From Dehalococcoidia bacterium (GTDB lineage: Bacteria > Chloroflexota > Dehalococcoidia > UBA2979): DNA of 64,000 nucleotides. Within the stretch, counting starts at the first letter, position 1, and the number at the start of each line of letters is the position of its first letter. The stretch is from positions 3,215,527 through 3,279,526 of the forward strand of contig OZ244720.1 of the NCBI GenBank assembly GCA_965219085.1, read 5' to 3'. Positions 1 to 9,569 of this stretch are shown here, piece by piece. The notes beneath the pieces were generated by a model. That model saw nothing but the letters and a program-made list of their open reading frames with translations. It searched no databases and had not been told where the DNA came from. A program made the translations under genes and the position numbers.

Positions 1-1030
1 CGACGAAGAAGCCACGCGCCTGTAGCTGCGGCGAGGCGCGCATCTCGCTCGCCGAGTAGACGGGGAAGCACGGCACCTTGTTCTCGATCGACATCCAGTA
101 GAGCTCGTCGCGGGTGTGGTTCCGCGCCCACGCGCTGACGTGCGGCTCGATGTCGTTGACGTGCTCGGTGCGACCCAGGCCGGTCAGGTACACCTCGTCG
201 CGCGCCCACTCGGGGTCGCCCATCATGCGGCGCAGCGACAGCCACCAGTGATCGAGGCCGTACGGCGCGAAGAAGATGTGGCCGTCCTTGCACTCCAGCA
301 CCTGCCCGAACGCCGCCTTTTCGCGTCCGACCATGAGGTCGGGGTTGTACGCGAGCGTGTTCCACGTCATCCGCACGTGGTTCGTGTTCGCCTCGACGCC
401 GGACACGTCGACGAGTTGGCCGCTGCCGTACACGCGGCGATAGGTGATGGCGACCATCGTGTCGGCCGCGGCGGTGATACCGCTGAGGTAGTCCGCCTGC
501 GGGTTGCCGGGGCTGAGCGGTGGCTCGTGCTCTGGGTCGGTCACGAACCCCGAGGGCGTCTCGCGGCCCATGCCGCTCATCTGGTAGACGGTGTGCGCGT
601 TCCCCACCCAGTCCCGGTACGGCCCGGTGAAGCCGTACGGCGTCACGACCGTGACGACGAGCCGCTCGTTCGCCGCGAGGAGCGCGTCGACGTCGATGCC
701 GAGCGCTTCGAGTTGCGTGCGCGGCCGGTCGAGGATGAGCACGTCGGCGTCGGCTGCGAGCCGCGTGAGCGCCTCGACGCCGCCGGTGTGCGTGAGGTCG
801 AGCGTGATGCCGCGCTTGTTGCTGTTGAGGTAGAGGAACTGACCGCTGCGCTCGAGGTGCGGACGGTCGTCGGCGAAGGGGCCGAAGCGCCGCGAGGAAT
901 CACCGCCGGGGGGCTCGACCTTGATCACGTCGGCGCCGAGGTCAGCGAGCAGCTTGCCGCAGTAGGGTCCGGCGACGCCGTCGGCGCACTCGATCACGCG
1001 GAGGTCGGAGAGCGTCGGAGAGCTGGCCAC
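1..1030 (-). CDS. CoA transferase family III (CaiB/BaiF), partial, runs off window start
   Basis: Hand translation from GTG at 1030: VASSPTLSDLRVIECADGVAGPYCGKLLADLGADVIKVEPPGGD...FLYLNSNKRGITLDL, the typical family III N-terminus. Confidence 0.9.
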   Translation of the reverse strand, partial: MASSPTLSDLRVIECADGVAGPYCGKLLADLGADVIKVEPPGGDSSRRFGPFADDRPHLERSGQFLYLNSNKRGITLDLTHTGGVEALTRLAADADVLILDRPRTQLEALGIDVDALLAANERLVVTVVTPYGFTGPYRDWVGNAHTVYQMSGMGRETPSGFVTDPEHEPPLSPGNPQADYLSGITAAADTMVAITYRRVYGSGQLVDVSGVEANTNHVRMTWNTLAYNPDLMVGREKAAFGQVLECKDGHIFFAPYGLDHWWLSLRRMMGDPEWARDEVYLTGLGRTEHVNDIEPHVSAWARNHTRDELYWMSIENKVPCFPVYSASEMRASPQLQARGFFV

Positions 1031-1062
1031 GGCGCCTGCCTTGCTGCCGCTGAGCGGCGCCG

Positions 1063-1167
1063 TCAGCCTACGCGTGCAGCGGCGAGGCTTACAAGCCGGG
1101 GCCTGGCCCGTACCGGGAGATGCCTCTGGAGCGGCGCTGGAACGCCGTGGTCGAGCAGGATCCTCAC
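1063..1167 (-). pseudogene. Truncated DUF5615/PIN-like toxin (N-terminal fragment)
   Basis: GTG overlaps the stop of the upstream DUF433 gene. VRILLDHGVPAPLQRHLP resembles a DUF5615 N-terminus, then stops after about 34 codons. Confidence 0.6.
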
Positions 1168-1389
1168 GAGCCCATCGCGTGCGACAGGGCGTTCACTTCG
1201 TGATTGAGGACGGCGTCCACATCCGCGCGCTCGACGCCCGGGAACCACTCGACGAACTCGTCAACCGTAGCGCCGGGCCGGAGGTTCTCGAACAATGCGT
1301 AGACGGGCACGCGCGTGCCTCGAAACACCCTTGCCGCTGACCTTGCCCGGATGACGGTCGACTGCCGGGCACGTCTCCCGGTTCGTCAT
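1164..1389 (-). pseudogene. DUF433-family antitoxin, frameshifted
   Basis: MTNRETCPAVDRHPGKVSG, frame break at about 1329-1332 (2 nt short), then VFRGTRVPVYALFENLRPGATVDEFVEWFPGVERADVDAVL. Confidence 0.8.
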
Positions 1390-1439
1390 GCCGTCACCTC
1401 GACTCTGGGCACGCTCGCCTCGATCGATCCAGGCGTACC

Positions 1440-2720
1440 TCAGACCGCGAGCGCGCCCGTTGCGCGCAGCTCCGCGAGCTCCTCGGCGGTGACGCCGATG
1501 TCGGTCAGCACCTCGTCGGCGTGGACGCCGAACGCCGGGGCGGCGCGCTCCGCGCCCGTCGGGCTGTACCGCATCTTCACGATCGGGCCGACCATCCGCT
1601 CCGGCCCGGACACCTCGTGCTCGACGTCGACCAGGAAGTCCATCGCCTCGACCTGCGGGTCGTGCGTGAGGTCCTCGGGGATCTGGACCTTCGAGACCGG
1701 TGCGCCCTCCTTGTCGAACAGCTCGATCCACTCGTCCATGGTCCTGGTGAGCATGATCGAGCGGATGCGATCGCCGAGCTCCTCGATGATCGGGTCGTAT
1801 GCCGGATCGAGCGCGTTGAAGTCAGGGCTCGCGCTGGGGTCGTCCTCGATGCCGATGGCCCGGCGCATTTGTTCGCGGTTAGCAGGCGTGAGGGAACCGA
1901 GGATCAGCGCGCCGTCCTTGACGCGGTACCCGGTGTAGTACAGCCGGAACGCCTTCCCGGTCGCGTTCGTGCTCTTGCGCACGTTGATGACCTCTTCGTA
2001 GGTCCCGCCGCGCTCGCGGACAGAAGCGATCTCGTCCATAACTGGGCGCTTCAGCAGCTCGTCGGAAACCGGCAGTTCGCTGATGTGCCCGCCCTGCAGC
2101 ACGAGCGCCGACTGCAGCAGCGAAGTCTGGATGAACTCGCCCTTGCCCGTGATCGAGCGTCGGTACAGCGCGGCGCAGACACCCATCGCCGCCCCGAGCG
2201 CGGTCGCGAAGTCGGCGACGGCGCTGCAGGAGATGGACTGCGGCGCGCCATACTCGTCGATCTTGCCCTCGCCGGCCATGAGGCCCGAGTACGCCTGCGC
2301 GACGATGTCGGAGCCGGAGCGCCGCGCGCTCGGCCCGGAGGAGCCGTAGCCGGTGCTCTCGACGTAGATGAGGTCCTCACGGAACTGCTTCAACGTCTCG
2401 TAGTCGAGCCGCAGCCGGTCGGTCACGCCCGCGCGGGCGTTCACGAGGAACACGTCGAATTGCGGGATCATGCGGTGCACGAGTTCCTGGGCCTCGGGCT
2501 GCTTGAGGTCCAGCGCGATGCTGCGCTTGCCGCGGTTGAGGACGTGGAAGCCTTTGCTCTCCATTGGCGCGAACGCGCCGATGACGCGCGTGCCGTCGCC
2601 CTGGGGCGGTTCGATCTTGACGACGTCGGCGCCGAGGTCGGCGAGGTTCACCCCCGCGAACGGCCCGGCCACGATCTGCGTCAGTTCCAGCACCCGTACC
2701 CCGTCGAGCGGTCCCGGCAT
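1440..2720 (-). CDS. CoA transferase family III (CaiB/BaiF)
   Basis: PLDGVRVLELTQIVAGPFAG..LADLGADVVKIEPP, NRGKRSIALDLK, C-terminal AAPAFGVHADEVL. Confidence 0.95.
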   Translation of the reverse strand: MPGPLDGVRVLELTQIVAGPFAGVNLADLGADVVKIEPPQGDGTRVIGAFAPMESKGFHVLNRGKRSIALDLKQPEAQELVHRMIPQFDVFLVNARAGVTDRLRLDYETLKQFREDLIYVESTGYGSSGPSARRSGSDIVAQAYSGLMAGEGKIDEYGAPQSISCSAVADFATALGAAMGVCAALYRRSITGKGEFIQTSLLQSALVLQGGHISELPVSDELLKRPVMDEIASVRERGGTYEEVINVRKSTNATGKAFRLYYTGYRVKDGALILGSLTPANREQMRRAIGIEDDPSASPDFNALDPAYDPIIEELGDRIRSIMLTRTMDEWIELFDKEGAPVSKVQIPEDLTHDPQVEAMDFLVDVEHEVSGPERMVGPIVKMRYSPTGAERAAPAFGVHADEVLTDIGVTAEELAELRATGALAV

Positions 2721-2818
2721 TGTTTGTCCCCTCCCCCTGACGCGCCGTGCGCGGCGCGCGTGACGGGGATGCTACCGGAACACGGCGGGATGGTGCAGGC
2801 AGGGGCGGGGGTCGCGCG

Positions 2819-3212
2819 CTACACGGACTCGATCGCGAGATCGGCGAGGCGCTCGAAGTGTCGCCGGTTGTTGGTGAGCAGGGTCAAACCGTGCCGGAGT
2901 GCGGTCGCGCCGATCAGGATGTCGAGGTCCCCGATGAGGGTACCTTCAGCCCGCAGTCGGTTGCGCTCCCGCCCGAAGATCCGGACACGTAGGCTCGTCG
3001 AGATCGACGATGGTCACACCCAGTACGAAGTCGCGCAGTCGCTGTTCGTCATCCTGCGGATTTCTCGTAGTGACGAGTCCTTCGTGGAGTTCGGCGAGCG
3101 ATATGATACTCAATCCTATGTCATCTGAGGCAAGTTCATTGATCCGGCGGACCGTCGGCCCGTACCCGTGCAGATAGTCGATGACCCAGTCTGAGTCCAG
3201 CAGATACTGCAC
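2819..3212 (-). pseudogene. vapC: VapC/PIN toxin, frameshifted
   Basis: VQYLLDSDWVIDYL..SIISLAELHEG; one extra base at about 2984; the other frame continues RIFGRERNRLRAEGTLIGDLDILIGATALRHGLTLLTNNRRHFERL. Confidence 0.85.
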
Positions 3213-3216
3213 GCAG

Positions 3217-3516
3217 TTACAGGTTTGGCGGTTCACGCGAGCCGGTGATGCGGGCTTCATAGATCATTCGCTTGAGCTCCTCGGGATCGGAGTTACCCTT
3301 CCATCTCCCCGCCGCGGCTCGGAACGCCTCGGTTACTCGCCCGCGCGAGGCGCCTTCCTCGACTGCGCTCGCGGGGGCTGACTCTCCTTCCCCCTCGGTC
3401 GCATGCACCTGCTCTTCCACGAACACGTCCACCTGGGCGCCTTCTTCGAAGCCCAGCGGCTCCTCCGGCTCGAGGACGCCGTGCTTGTAGCGGGCCTTGA
3501 TGCGCCTGAGCACCAT
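3217..3516 (-). CDS. Antitoxin, DUF104/AF2212-like
   Basis: MVLRRIKARYKHGVLEPEEPLGFEEGAQVDV; lies directly upstream of the vapC gene. Confidence 0.8.
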   Translation of the reverse strand: MVLRRIKARYKHGVLEPEEPLGFEEGAQVDVFVEEQVHATEGEGESAPASAVEEGASRGRVTEAFRAAAGRWKGNSDPEELKRMIYEARITGSREPPNL

Positions 3517-3609
3517 GATTCGCCTCCGTGGCTGGGGCCCATCATCGCACACGAAGGACGCGCAACCGCGGGGCAAACGTCGAATCCGGAAGTTGATGGG
3601 CGCTCGACG

Positions 3610-5025
3610 CTAGCGCGTCGCGACAGGGACGCGGGCGGCCGCGTCGGCAGCGGGCGGCTTGGGTCGCGGGCGCGCGTCGGGGTGTATCGGCTTCTTGGTG
3701 AACATGAAGATGAACGCGCCGAAGGAGGCGATCAGCGCCAGGCTCGCAAAGCCCAGCGTGTAACTCCCGAGGTAGTCGTAGCTGAACCCCGCCGCGAGCG
3801 GCCCGATGATGATGCCGATGGTGACTACCATCGAGGAGAAGCCGGTGATCGTCCCGTAGTACTTCCCGCCGAAGTAGTCGGCCCTGAGCGCCGTCGTCAG
3901 TGGGATGCGCGCGCCGAAGCCGATGCCGTTGAGGACCGCGAAGGCCACCACCATCCATACGCTCCCCGCGAACGCCAGCAGCGCGAGTGCTCCCGAGTTG
4001 AACAGCATCGCCACCACGATCAGGAGACGCTTGTCGTAGCGGTCGCCGAGGTACCCGCCGGCCATCTGCCCGACCACCTGGGTGACCGTCATGATCGTCA
4101 ACATCGAAGCCGCGATGGTCACCGAGAAGCCGAGGCTCTCGTGGACGTGTGCGATGAAGTGCACGTTGACCGCGCCGATGACGACGAGCGATAGCCCGTG
4201 ACCGATGCCGATCAGCCAGAAGGCTTGCGTCCTGAGCGCTTGCCGGGCGTTGAAGCTGTACTCGCGCTCGGGCGCTGCCGGGGGCGCGCTCCCGGCCTCG
4301 AAGACGTTCATGCCCGAGTGCGAATTCGCGGCCTTGGGCGTCGTCTCACCGTCGGGCTTCCAGCCATAGTCCTCGGGATGGTGCCGGAGCAGTGAGGCGA
4401 GCGGCAGGCCCACAACCATGATGATGACGCCGGAGGCGAAAGCGAATGCGCGCCAGCCGAACGTCTCCATCGCCGCCGCGACCAAGGGCGCAGCGAGACC
4501 GCCCGCGGCGAGGCCGAGCATCATCCATGCGAGCGCCGTCGCTCGCCTCTTGATGAACCAGTTCACGACGGCAACCGAGGCGGGCATGAACGAGCCGAGC
4601 GCCGCGCCGACTGCCAGCACGAGGAATGCCAGGTAGAACATCGGCAGACCGTTGGTCTGGCTGAGCAATATGAACCCGATGCCGAAGAGGATGATCCCGA
4701 CGAACATCATCTTGCGCGGGCCGAAGTGGTCGACGAGCCAGCCGTCGATCGGTCCCAGCAGACCGCTCTCGACGCGCTGAAGTGCAAAGGCCACGGCGAG
4801 GGTCGTACGGCTCCAGCCGAATTCGTCTTGCAGGAACACGACGTAGACGCCGAAGGCGTGGAACATGAGCGCGCCGCTCAGGGCCATGGAGCCGAAGCCG
4901 GCAGTCACGATCCACCAGCCGTAGAAGAATGGCGACTTGTGGCTGACGCCGCCTCCGCCGGCCCCGTTGAGGCTGACCGGGCCGGCGCCGTTGCGCCCCA
5001 TCAATGAGCCAGGGCCGCCGTTCAC
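3610..5025 (-). CDS. MFS transporter
   Basis: About 12 hydrophobic helices, FFYGWWIV start, GWLVDHFGPR and GYLGDRYDKR loop motifs. Exact start uncertain. Confidence 0.93.
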   Translation of the reverse strand: MNGGPGSLMGRNGAGPVSLNGAGGGGVSHKSPFFYGWWIVTAGFGSMALSGALMFHAFGVYVVFLQDEFGWSRTTLAVAFALQRVESGLLGPIDGWLVDHFGPRKMMFVGIILFGIGFILLSQTNGLPMFYLAFLVLAVGAALGSFMPASVAVVNWFIKRRATALAWMMLGLAAGGLAAPLVAAAMETFGWRAFAFASGVIIMVVGLPLASLLRHHPEDYGWKPDGETTPKAANSHSGMNVFEAGSAPPAAPEREYSFNARQALRTQAFWLIGIGHGLSLVVIGAVNVHFIAHVHESLGFSVTIAASMLTIMTVTQVVGQMAGGYLGDRYDKRLLIVVAMLFNSGALALLAFAGSVWMVVAFAVLNGIGFGARIPLTTALRADYFGGKYYGTITGFSSMVVTIGIIIGPLAAGFSYDYLGSYTLGFASLALIASFGAFIFMFTKKPIHPDARPRPKPPAADAAARVPVATR

Positions 5026-5201
5026 ACGCGTGCTCCCACCGTCGCCCGGTTCACCTCACGCTCGCAGTGCGGCGCACGCGTGCGCCCGCCACCTTGCCGC
5101 TGACGTGAGTGTGAGGCGCAGTGTACCCCGATGCCGGGGTAAGCGGCGGCCTGCCCTCGATGCTGCCGAGGACAGGCGCATGGCGCCGCACCCGCAGGCA
5201 G

Positions 5202-5408
5202 CTAGTTCGGGACGAACTCGTCCGGGTTCGAGACGAACTGCATCCGGCACGCCAGGCTGTCGAAGTAGTACCAGACGCCCTCATGGAAGCGCTTCGTGCC
5301 CTTCGAGGGGTCGGATTCCGGCGCACCGGACGTGGTCTGGTCGACGTGCGTATTGATGGCGTCCGAGTCGACATCTCGACCGCAGACGGGATCCTTCACG
5401 ATGGGCAC
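5202..5408 (-). CDS. YHS-domain small protein (variant)
   Basis: KDPVCG...G.WYYFDSLAC..QFVSNP matches the YHS pattern with an insertion. Confidence 0.75.
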   Translation of the reverse strand: MPIVKDPVCGRDVDSDAINTHVDQTTSGAPESDPSKGTKRFHEGVWYYFDSLACRMQFVSNPDEFVPN

Positions 5409-5442
5409 TGGCTCCTCCTTCGTTGCGTGATATGCCCGGCGG

Positions 5443-6519
5443 CTACGCGAGGACGGCGTCGGCGATGGCCGTGACGGCCTCGCGCATGCCGCCCCAGCGC
5501 AGCGCGGCTTCCTTGCCGCGCCGGGTGTGGAACTGCAGGTCGTACTCCTTCATGAAGCCGATGCCACCGTGCAGCACGTGCGACCACATGGTCACGTCGG
5601 TGGCGGCGCGCGCCGTGATGCCGCGCACCAGCGACACCTGCGCCGGGTCGGCCACGCCCTCGCCGATCTGCCAGATCAGCTCGTGCGTGAGGAAGCGCGA
5701 GGCCTCCACCTGGATCGCCATGTCCGCCACGCGCTGCTGCACCGGCTCGAACGCGCCGATCGGCCGTCCGAACTGCACGCGCATCTGCGTGTAGTCCACC
5801 GCCATATCGAGCGACTTCTGCGCGTGCGCGTAGCACTCGAACGAGGCGATCGCCGACCCCAGCCGGTGGAGGTAGTCGACCGCGTCCTGGCCGGCGATGA
5901 ACGCGCTGGCCTCGGCGTCGGCATACGCGACAACGCTTTGCGGCGTGTCGCCGATGCTCTTCAGCCCACGCTCGATCTGCACGCCCGGCTGGGAGGCCTC
6001 GACGACCGCGATGCCGGGCTCCCCGCCCTGCACGGCCGTCACAAGGTGCACCTCGGCGGCGGCGGCGTACTCGACGAGGAACTTCGTGCCGTTGACGCGG
6101 CCGCCCTCGCACGACGTCTGCGGCGCGTCCGTCGAGTTGCCGCCGCGCTCAATCGCGGCGGCGGTGACGATCGCTCCGCTCGCGATGCGAGGGAGCAGGC
6201 TCTGCTTGAGCTCCTCGTCGCCATGCGCCTGCACGGTCGAGGCGGCGAGCACGCCGTTCTGGTACGGCGAGATCATCGCCGCGCGGCAGAGCTGCTCGAT
6301 CAGGATCGCGCAGTCGATGAGGGTGCCGCCCTGGCCGCCGTATTCCTCGGAGACCGGCAGACCTGTCCAGCCGAGGCCGGCCATCGCCCCCCACAACTCC
6401 GCGTCATGCTCCCCCGCGGCCTCAATCTCGCGGATGCGCGTCAGCGGCGCCTCACGCGCGAGGAACTCCTCGGCGTTGCTCTGGAGCAGCTCTTGAAACT
6501 CGGTCAGTCGCAGGTCCAT
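5443..6519 (-). CDS. Acyl-CoA dehydrogenase family protein
   Basis: LTEFQELLQSNAEEFL, RVQFGRPIGAFEPVQQRVADM, HGGIGF. This short ACAD type is typical of heteromeric ACAD pairs. Confidence 0.93.
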   Translation of the reverse strand: MDLRLTEFQELLQSNAEEFLAREAPLTRIREIEAAGEHDAELWGAMAGLGWTGLPVSEEYGGQGGTLIDCAILIEQLCRAAMISPYQNGVLAASTVQAHGDEELKQSLLPRIASGAIVTAAAIERGGNSTDAPQTSCEGGRVNGTKFLVEYAAAAEVHLVTAVQGGEPGIAVVEASQPGVQIERGLKSIGDTPQSVVAYADAEASAFIAGQDAVDYLHRLGSAIASFECYAHAQKSLDMAVDYTQMRVQFGRPIGAFEPVQQRVADMAIQVEASRFLTHELIWQIGEGVADPAQVSLVRGITARAATDVTMWSHVLHGGIGFMKEYDLQFHTRRGKEAALRWGGMREAVTAIADAVLA

Positions 6520-6570
6520 CGTTCGCTCCCGCCTACCCGTTCTGCGGTGACTCGGCGCGGTTGAAGGGCG

Positions 6571-6873
6571 TCATCGCCGCTCGCTGGCCTCACGCACCAG
6601 CAGCACCGCCGCGACCACGCCGAGCAGGCCCACGCCTACGAAGAGGCCGTCGGCAACCGAGACCAGCACGGTGCCCATTACCTCGTCGAACGGACGCTGA
6701 TAGTCGAGCGCGACCCAGTAGCCGATCCACGCGCAGACGAAGCCGACCACGAGCACGATGCCGATCGTCCACAGCAGATAGCTGGGCTTGCCCAGTATCA
6801 TCGAGAGAGCGGGGGATCCTGCTGACTCGCCGTCCCCCGCGGAGTCGTTGTCGCCGTTCATTTCTTCAGCCAT
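6571..6873 (-). CDS. Small two-helix membrane protein
   Basis: Two hydrophobic segments, packed between the two ACAD genes on the same strand. Confidence 0.65.
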   Translation of the reverse strand: MAEEMNGDNDSAGDGESAGSPALSMILGKPSYLLWTIGIVLVVGFVCAWIGYWVALDYQRPFDEVMGTVLVSVADGLFVGVGLLGVVAAVLLVREASERR

Positions 6874-6883
6874 GTTCGCTCTC

Positions 6884-8056
6884 CTACCCGCGCGGCAGCC
6901 CGAGGCCGCGCGTGGCGATGATGCGGCGCTGGATGTCGTTGGTACCGCCGCCGAAGCGGGTGACCGGCGTGCCGCGGAACTCGGCCTCGAACCGGCCCTC
7001 GGCGACCGCGTCATCCTCGCTCTCGCCCTGGATGCCGCCGAAGCCGCCGAACAGGTCCATGCCGAGGCTGGTCATGCGGTGTGCGGCCTCGGAGACCCAC
7101 ACCTTGCCGGCCGACGCCTGCATGGTCGGCACGCCGCCGTTGGCGATGATCGCCGCGTTCGTGACCGCCAGCGCGCGCGTGATCTCCACGTCCATGCGCG
7201 TCTCCGCCACCTGCGTGCGCACGTACGGATCCTCGAGCAGGTCGTCGCGCTCCGTCTTCAGGTAGTCGATGAGCCGGTCCCAGCGGCGCCGGGAGGGCGC
7301 GACCGGGCCGATCACGACGCGTTCGAGGTCGAGCGCGTTGGCTGCCATGTACCAGCCGCGGTTCTCCTCACCGACGAGCGAGTCGGCGGGGATGCGCACA
7401 TCCTCCCAGAACGTCTCGTTGGTGCGGCCGTCGCCCATCGTCCAGAGCGGGCGGACCATGATGCCCGGCGTCGTCATTGGCACGACGAACATCGAGATGC
7501 CGCGGTGCTTCGGCGCGTCCGGGTCGGTGCGGGCCGCCAGCCACACGTGCGTCGAGACGTGGGCGCTGGAGGTGTAGATCTTCTGCCCGTTGATGACGAA
7601 GTCGTCGCCGTCGCGGACGGCTCGCGTCTGTAGCGAGGCGAGGTCGGTGCCGGCGTTTGGCTCCGTGTAGCCCAGGGCGAAGGTCATCTCGCCGCTCTGG
7701 ATCTTGGGGAGCCAATCCTGCTTCTGCTGTTCCGTCCCGAACGACATGATGGTGGCGCCGACGGACATGATGGACATCGTGTCGAAGGGCAGGCCCCAGT
7801 AGCCGAGCTCCTCGACCAGGAGGTACGTGTAGAAGGCGCCCTTGCCCTGCCCGCCGTACTCCTCGGGCCAGGCCATGGTCGTGTAGCCGGCTTCGTTCAG
7901 CGCCTTGCGGAACTTCTGCGCCTCGGGGCCGCGGCCGCCGCTCTCGGCGCCCGGCGCCTCGATCTCGGCTACCAGCTCCGGGGTGCGATGTTCAGCGACA
8001 AAAGCGCGCACCTCGCCCCGGAAGTCGTTGTGTTCCTGCTCCCAGCCGAACTCCAT
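6884..8056 (-). CDS. Acyl-CoA dehydrogenase family protein
   Basis: MEFGWEQEH, FALGYTEPNAGTDLASL, NGQKIYTS, GGGTNDIQRRIIA. Confidence 0.95.
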   Translation of the reverse strand: MEFGWEQEHNDFRGEVRAFVAEHRTPELVAEIEAPGAESGGRGPEAQKFRKALNEAGYTTMAWPEEYGGQGKGAFYTYLLVEELGYWGLPFDTMSIMSVGATIMSFGTEQQKQDWLPKIQSGEMTFALGYTEPNAGTDLASLQTRAVRDGDDFVINGQKIYTSSAHVSTHVWLAARTDPDAPKHRGISMFVVPMTTPGIMVRPLWTMGDGRTNETFWEDVRIPADSLVGEENRGWYMAANALDLERVVIGPVAPSRRRWDRLIDYLKTERDDLLEDPYVRTQVAETRMDVEITRALAVTNAAIIANGGVPTMQASAGKVWVSEAAHRMTSLGMDLFGGFGGIQGESEDDAVAEGRFEAEFRGTPVTRFGGGTNDIQRRIIATRGLGLPRG

Positions 8057-8184
8057 GCCCGGCCTCCTCCCTGCACCAGCTCCTACGCTGGGCGCGGATC
8101 GAGCCGCAAGAGCGCGCACGTCCGCGCCAGCGCCGGTATGCTAGCACGCGACCGGGCGCATCCACGGCACGAGGAGGACACAGC

Positions 8185-9489
8185 ATGTTCATCGGCCACT
8201 TCACCGAGCGGCCCTACCAGGATCCCAAGGCCGGCGTCTTCGGCACCACCTCGGCGCCGGCGGACCTCGAACTCAGCAACGAGCTCTACGACCCCAAGGT
8301 CGGGGCCGACCTCTACCACCGCTACCTGGACGAGAAGCTCTACATCGAGGAGATGGGCTTCGACGGCATCATGCTCAACGAGCACCACTCGACGCCGTTC
8401 TGCATGGGCGGCGTGATGAACGTCGAGGCGGCGATCCTCGCGCGCATCACGCAGCGCGCGAAGATCGTGCTGCTCGGCAACGTGCTGCCGATCTGGGATG
8501 ACCCCCTGTTCCTGGCCGAGGAGCTGGCGGAGATCGACATGATCTCGCGCGGCCGCCTCGTGACCGGGTGGGTGCGCGGCACCGGCCGCGAGAGCGTCTC
8601 CCACAACTCGCAACCGCCCTACAACTGGGAGCGCTTCCAGGAGGCCCACGACTTCGTCCTGAAGGCGTGGACGACGCCCGGCCCCTATCGCTGGGAGGGC
8701 AAGCACTACAACTTCCGTTACGTCAACCCGTGGGCCCGCCCCTACCAGGACCCGCACCCCCAGATCTGGATCCCCGGCGTGATGAGCCGCAACACGGTGA
8801 AGTGGACCGCCGAGCACCGCTACCCGTACGTGATGCTCGCCACCGACCTCGAACCGACGCGCGGTTCGTTCGAGTACTACGCCGAGGTCGCCAAGGAGAA
8901 CGGCTACGAGGCGCAGTCGCAGCACCGCGGCTACCTGTTCAAGGTGCACGTCGACGACACCGAGGAGCTGGCGTACGAGACCGCGCGCAAGTACGTCTCC
9001 GGTCCGCCGAACCCGTTCCTCGAGGGCAACCAGGGCGAGATCCGGCCGTTCATCCAGAACCTGCCGGGCATGACCTCGCGCACGAACGTGCTGCCGACGG
9101 CCGGCAACCTCGCCGCGCTGCGCGCGCGCGGCCGCGCCACCGCGCAGCCCACGCTCGACAAGCCCCCGTCGCCCGCGGGCGACGACGGCGAACCGGCCGA
9201 GGACGCGTTCGGCAGCTATGACGACCAGCTGAAGCGGCTCACAATCATCACCGGCACGCCGGACACGGTGATCGAGAAGGTCAAGCACGTCCTCGACTAC
9301 CTGCGCCCGGGCAGCATCTTCTTCTGGGACGGCGACGGGTCGATGACCCACGACGACACGATGCGCAGCCTCAAGCTCATGGGCGAAGAGGTCCTGCCGG
9401 CGATCCGCGAGTACAGCGACGAGCTCGGCCTCAAGAGCCCGTTCGAGGTCTCCACGTACACGAACGAGCCGATCCCGCAGGAGGCGTAG
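8185..9489 (+). CDS. Luciferase-like (LLM) flavin-dependent oxidoreductase
   Basis: EEMGFDGIMLNEHHS, LAEELAEIDMISRGRL, PYQDPHPQIW. Confidence 0.93.
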   Translation: MFIGHFTERPYQDPKAGVFGTTSAPADLELSNELYDPKVGADLYHRYLDEKLYIEEMGFDGIMLNEHHSTPFCMGGVMNVEAAILARITQRAKIVLLGNVLPIWDDPLFLAEELAEIDMISRGRLVTGWVRGTGRESVSHNSQPPYNWERFQEAHDFVLKAWTTPGPYRWEGKHYNFRYVNPWARPYQDPHPQIWIPGVMSRNTVKWTAEHRYPYVMLATDLEPTRGSFEYYAEVAKENGYEAQSQHRGYLFKVHVDDTEELAYETARKYVSGPPNPFLEGNQGEIRPFIQNLPGMTSRTNVLPTAGNLAALRARGRATAQPTLDKPPSPAGDDGEPAEDAFGSYDDQLKRLTIITGTPDTVIEKVKHVLDYLRPGSIFFWDGDGSMTHDDTMRSLKLMGEEVLPAIREYSDELGLKSPFEVSTYTNEPIPQEA

Positions 9490-9524
9490 CGCACCGCGTT
9501 CTGCCTCGACCCTCGGACGAAGCG

Positions 9525-9551
9525 CTCGGCGCCACCATCGGTGGCGCCGAG
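9525..9551. terminator. GC-rich hairpin between convergent genes
   Basis: CTCGGCGCCACC-atc-GGTGGCGCCGAG, 12-bp perfect stem; no U-tract. Confidence 0.5.
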
Positions 9552-9569
9552 TTGTGTGCGGCGGGCGGC

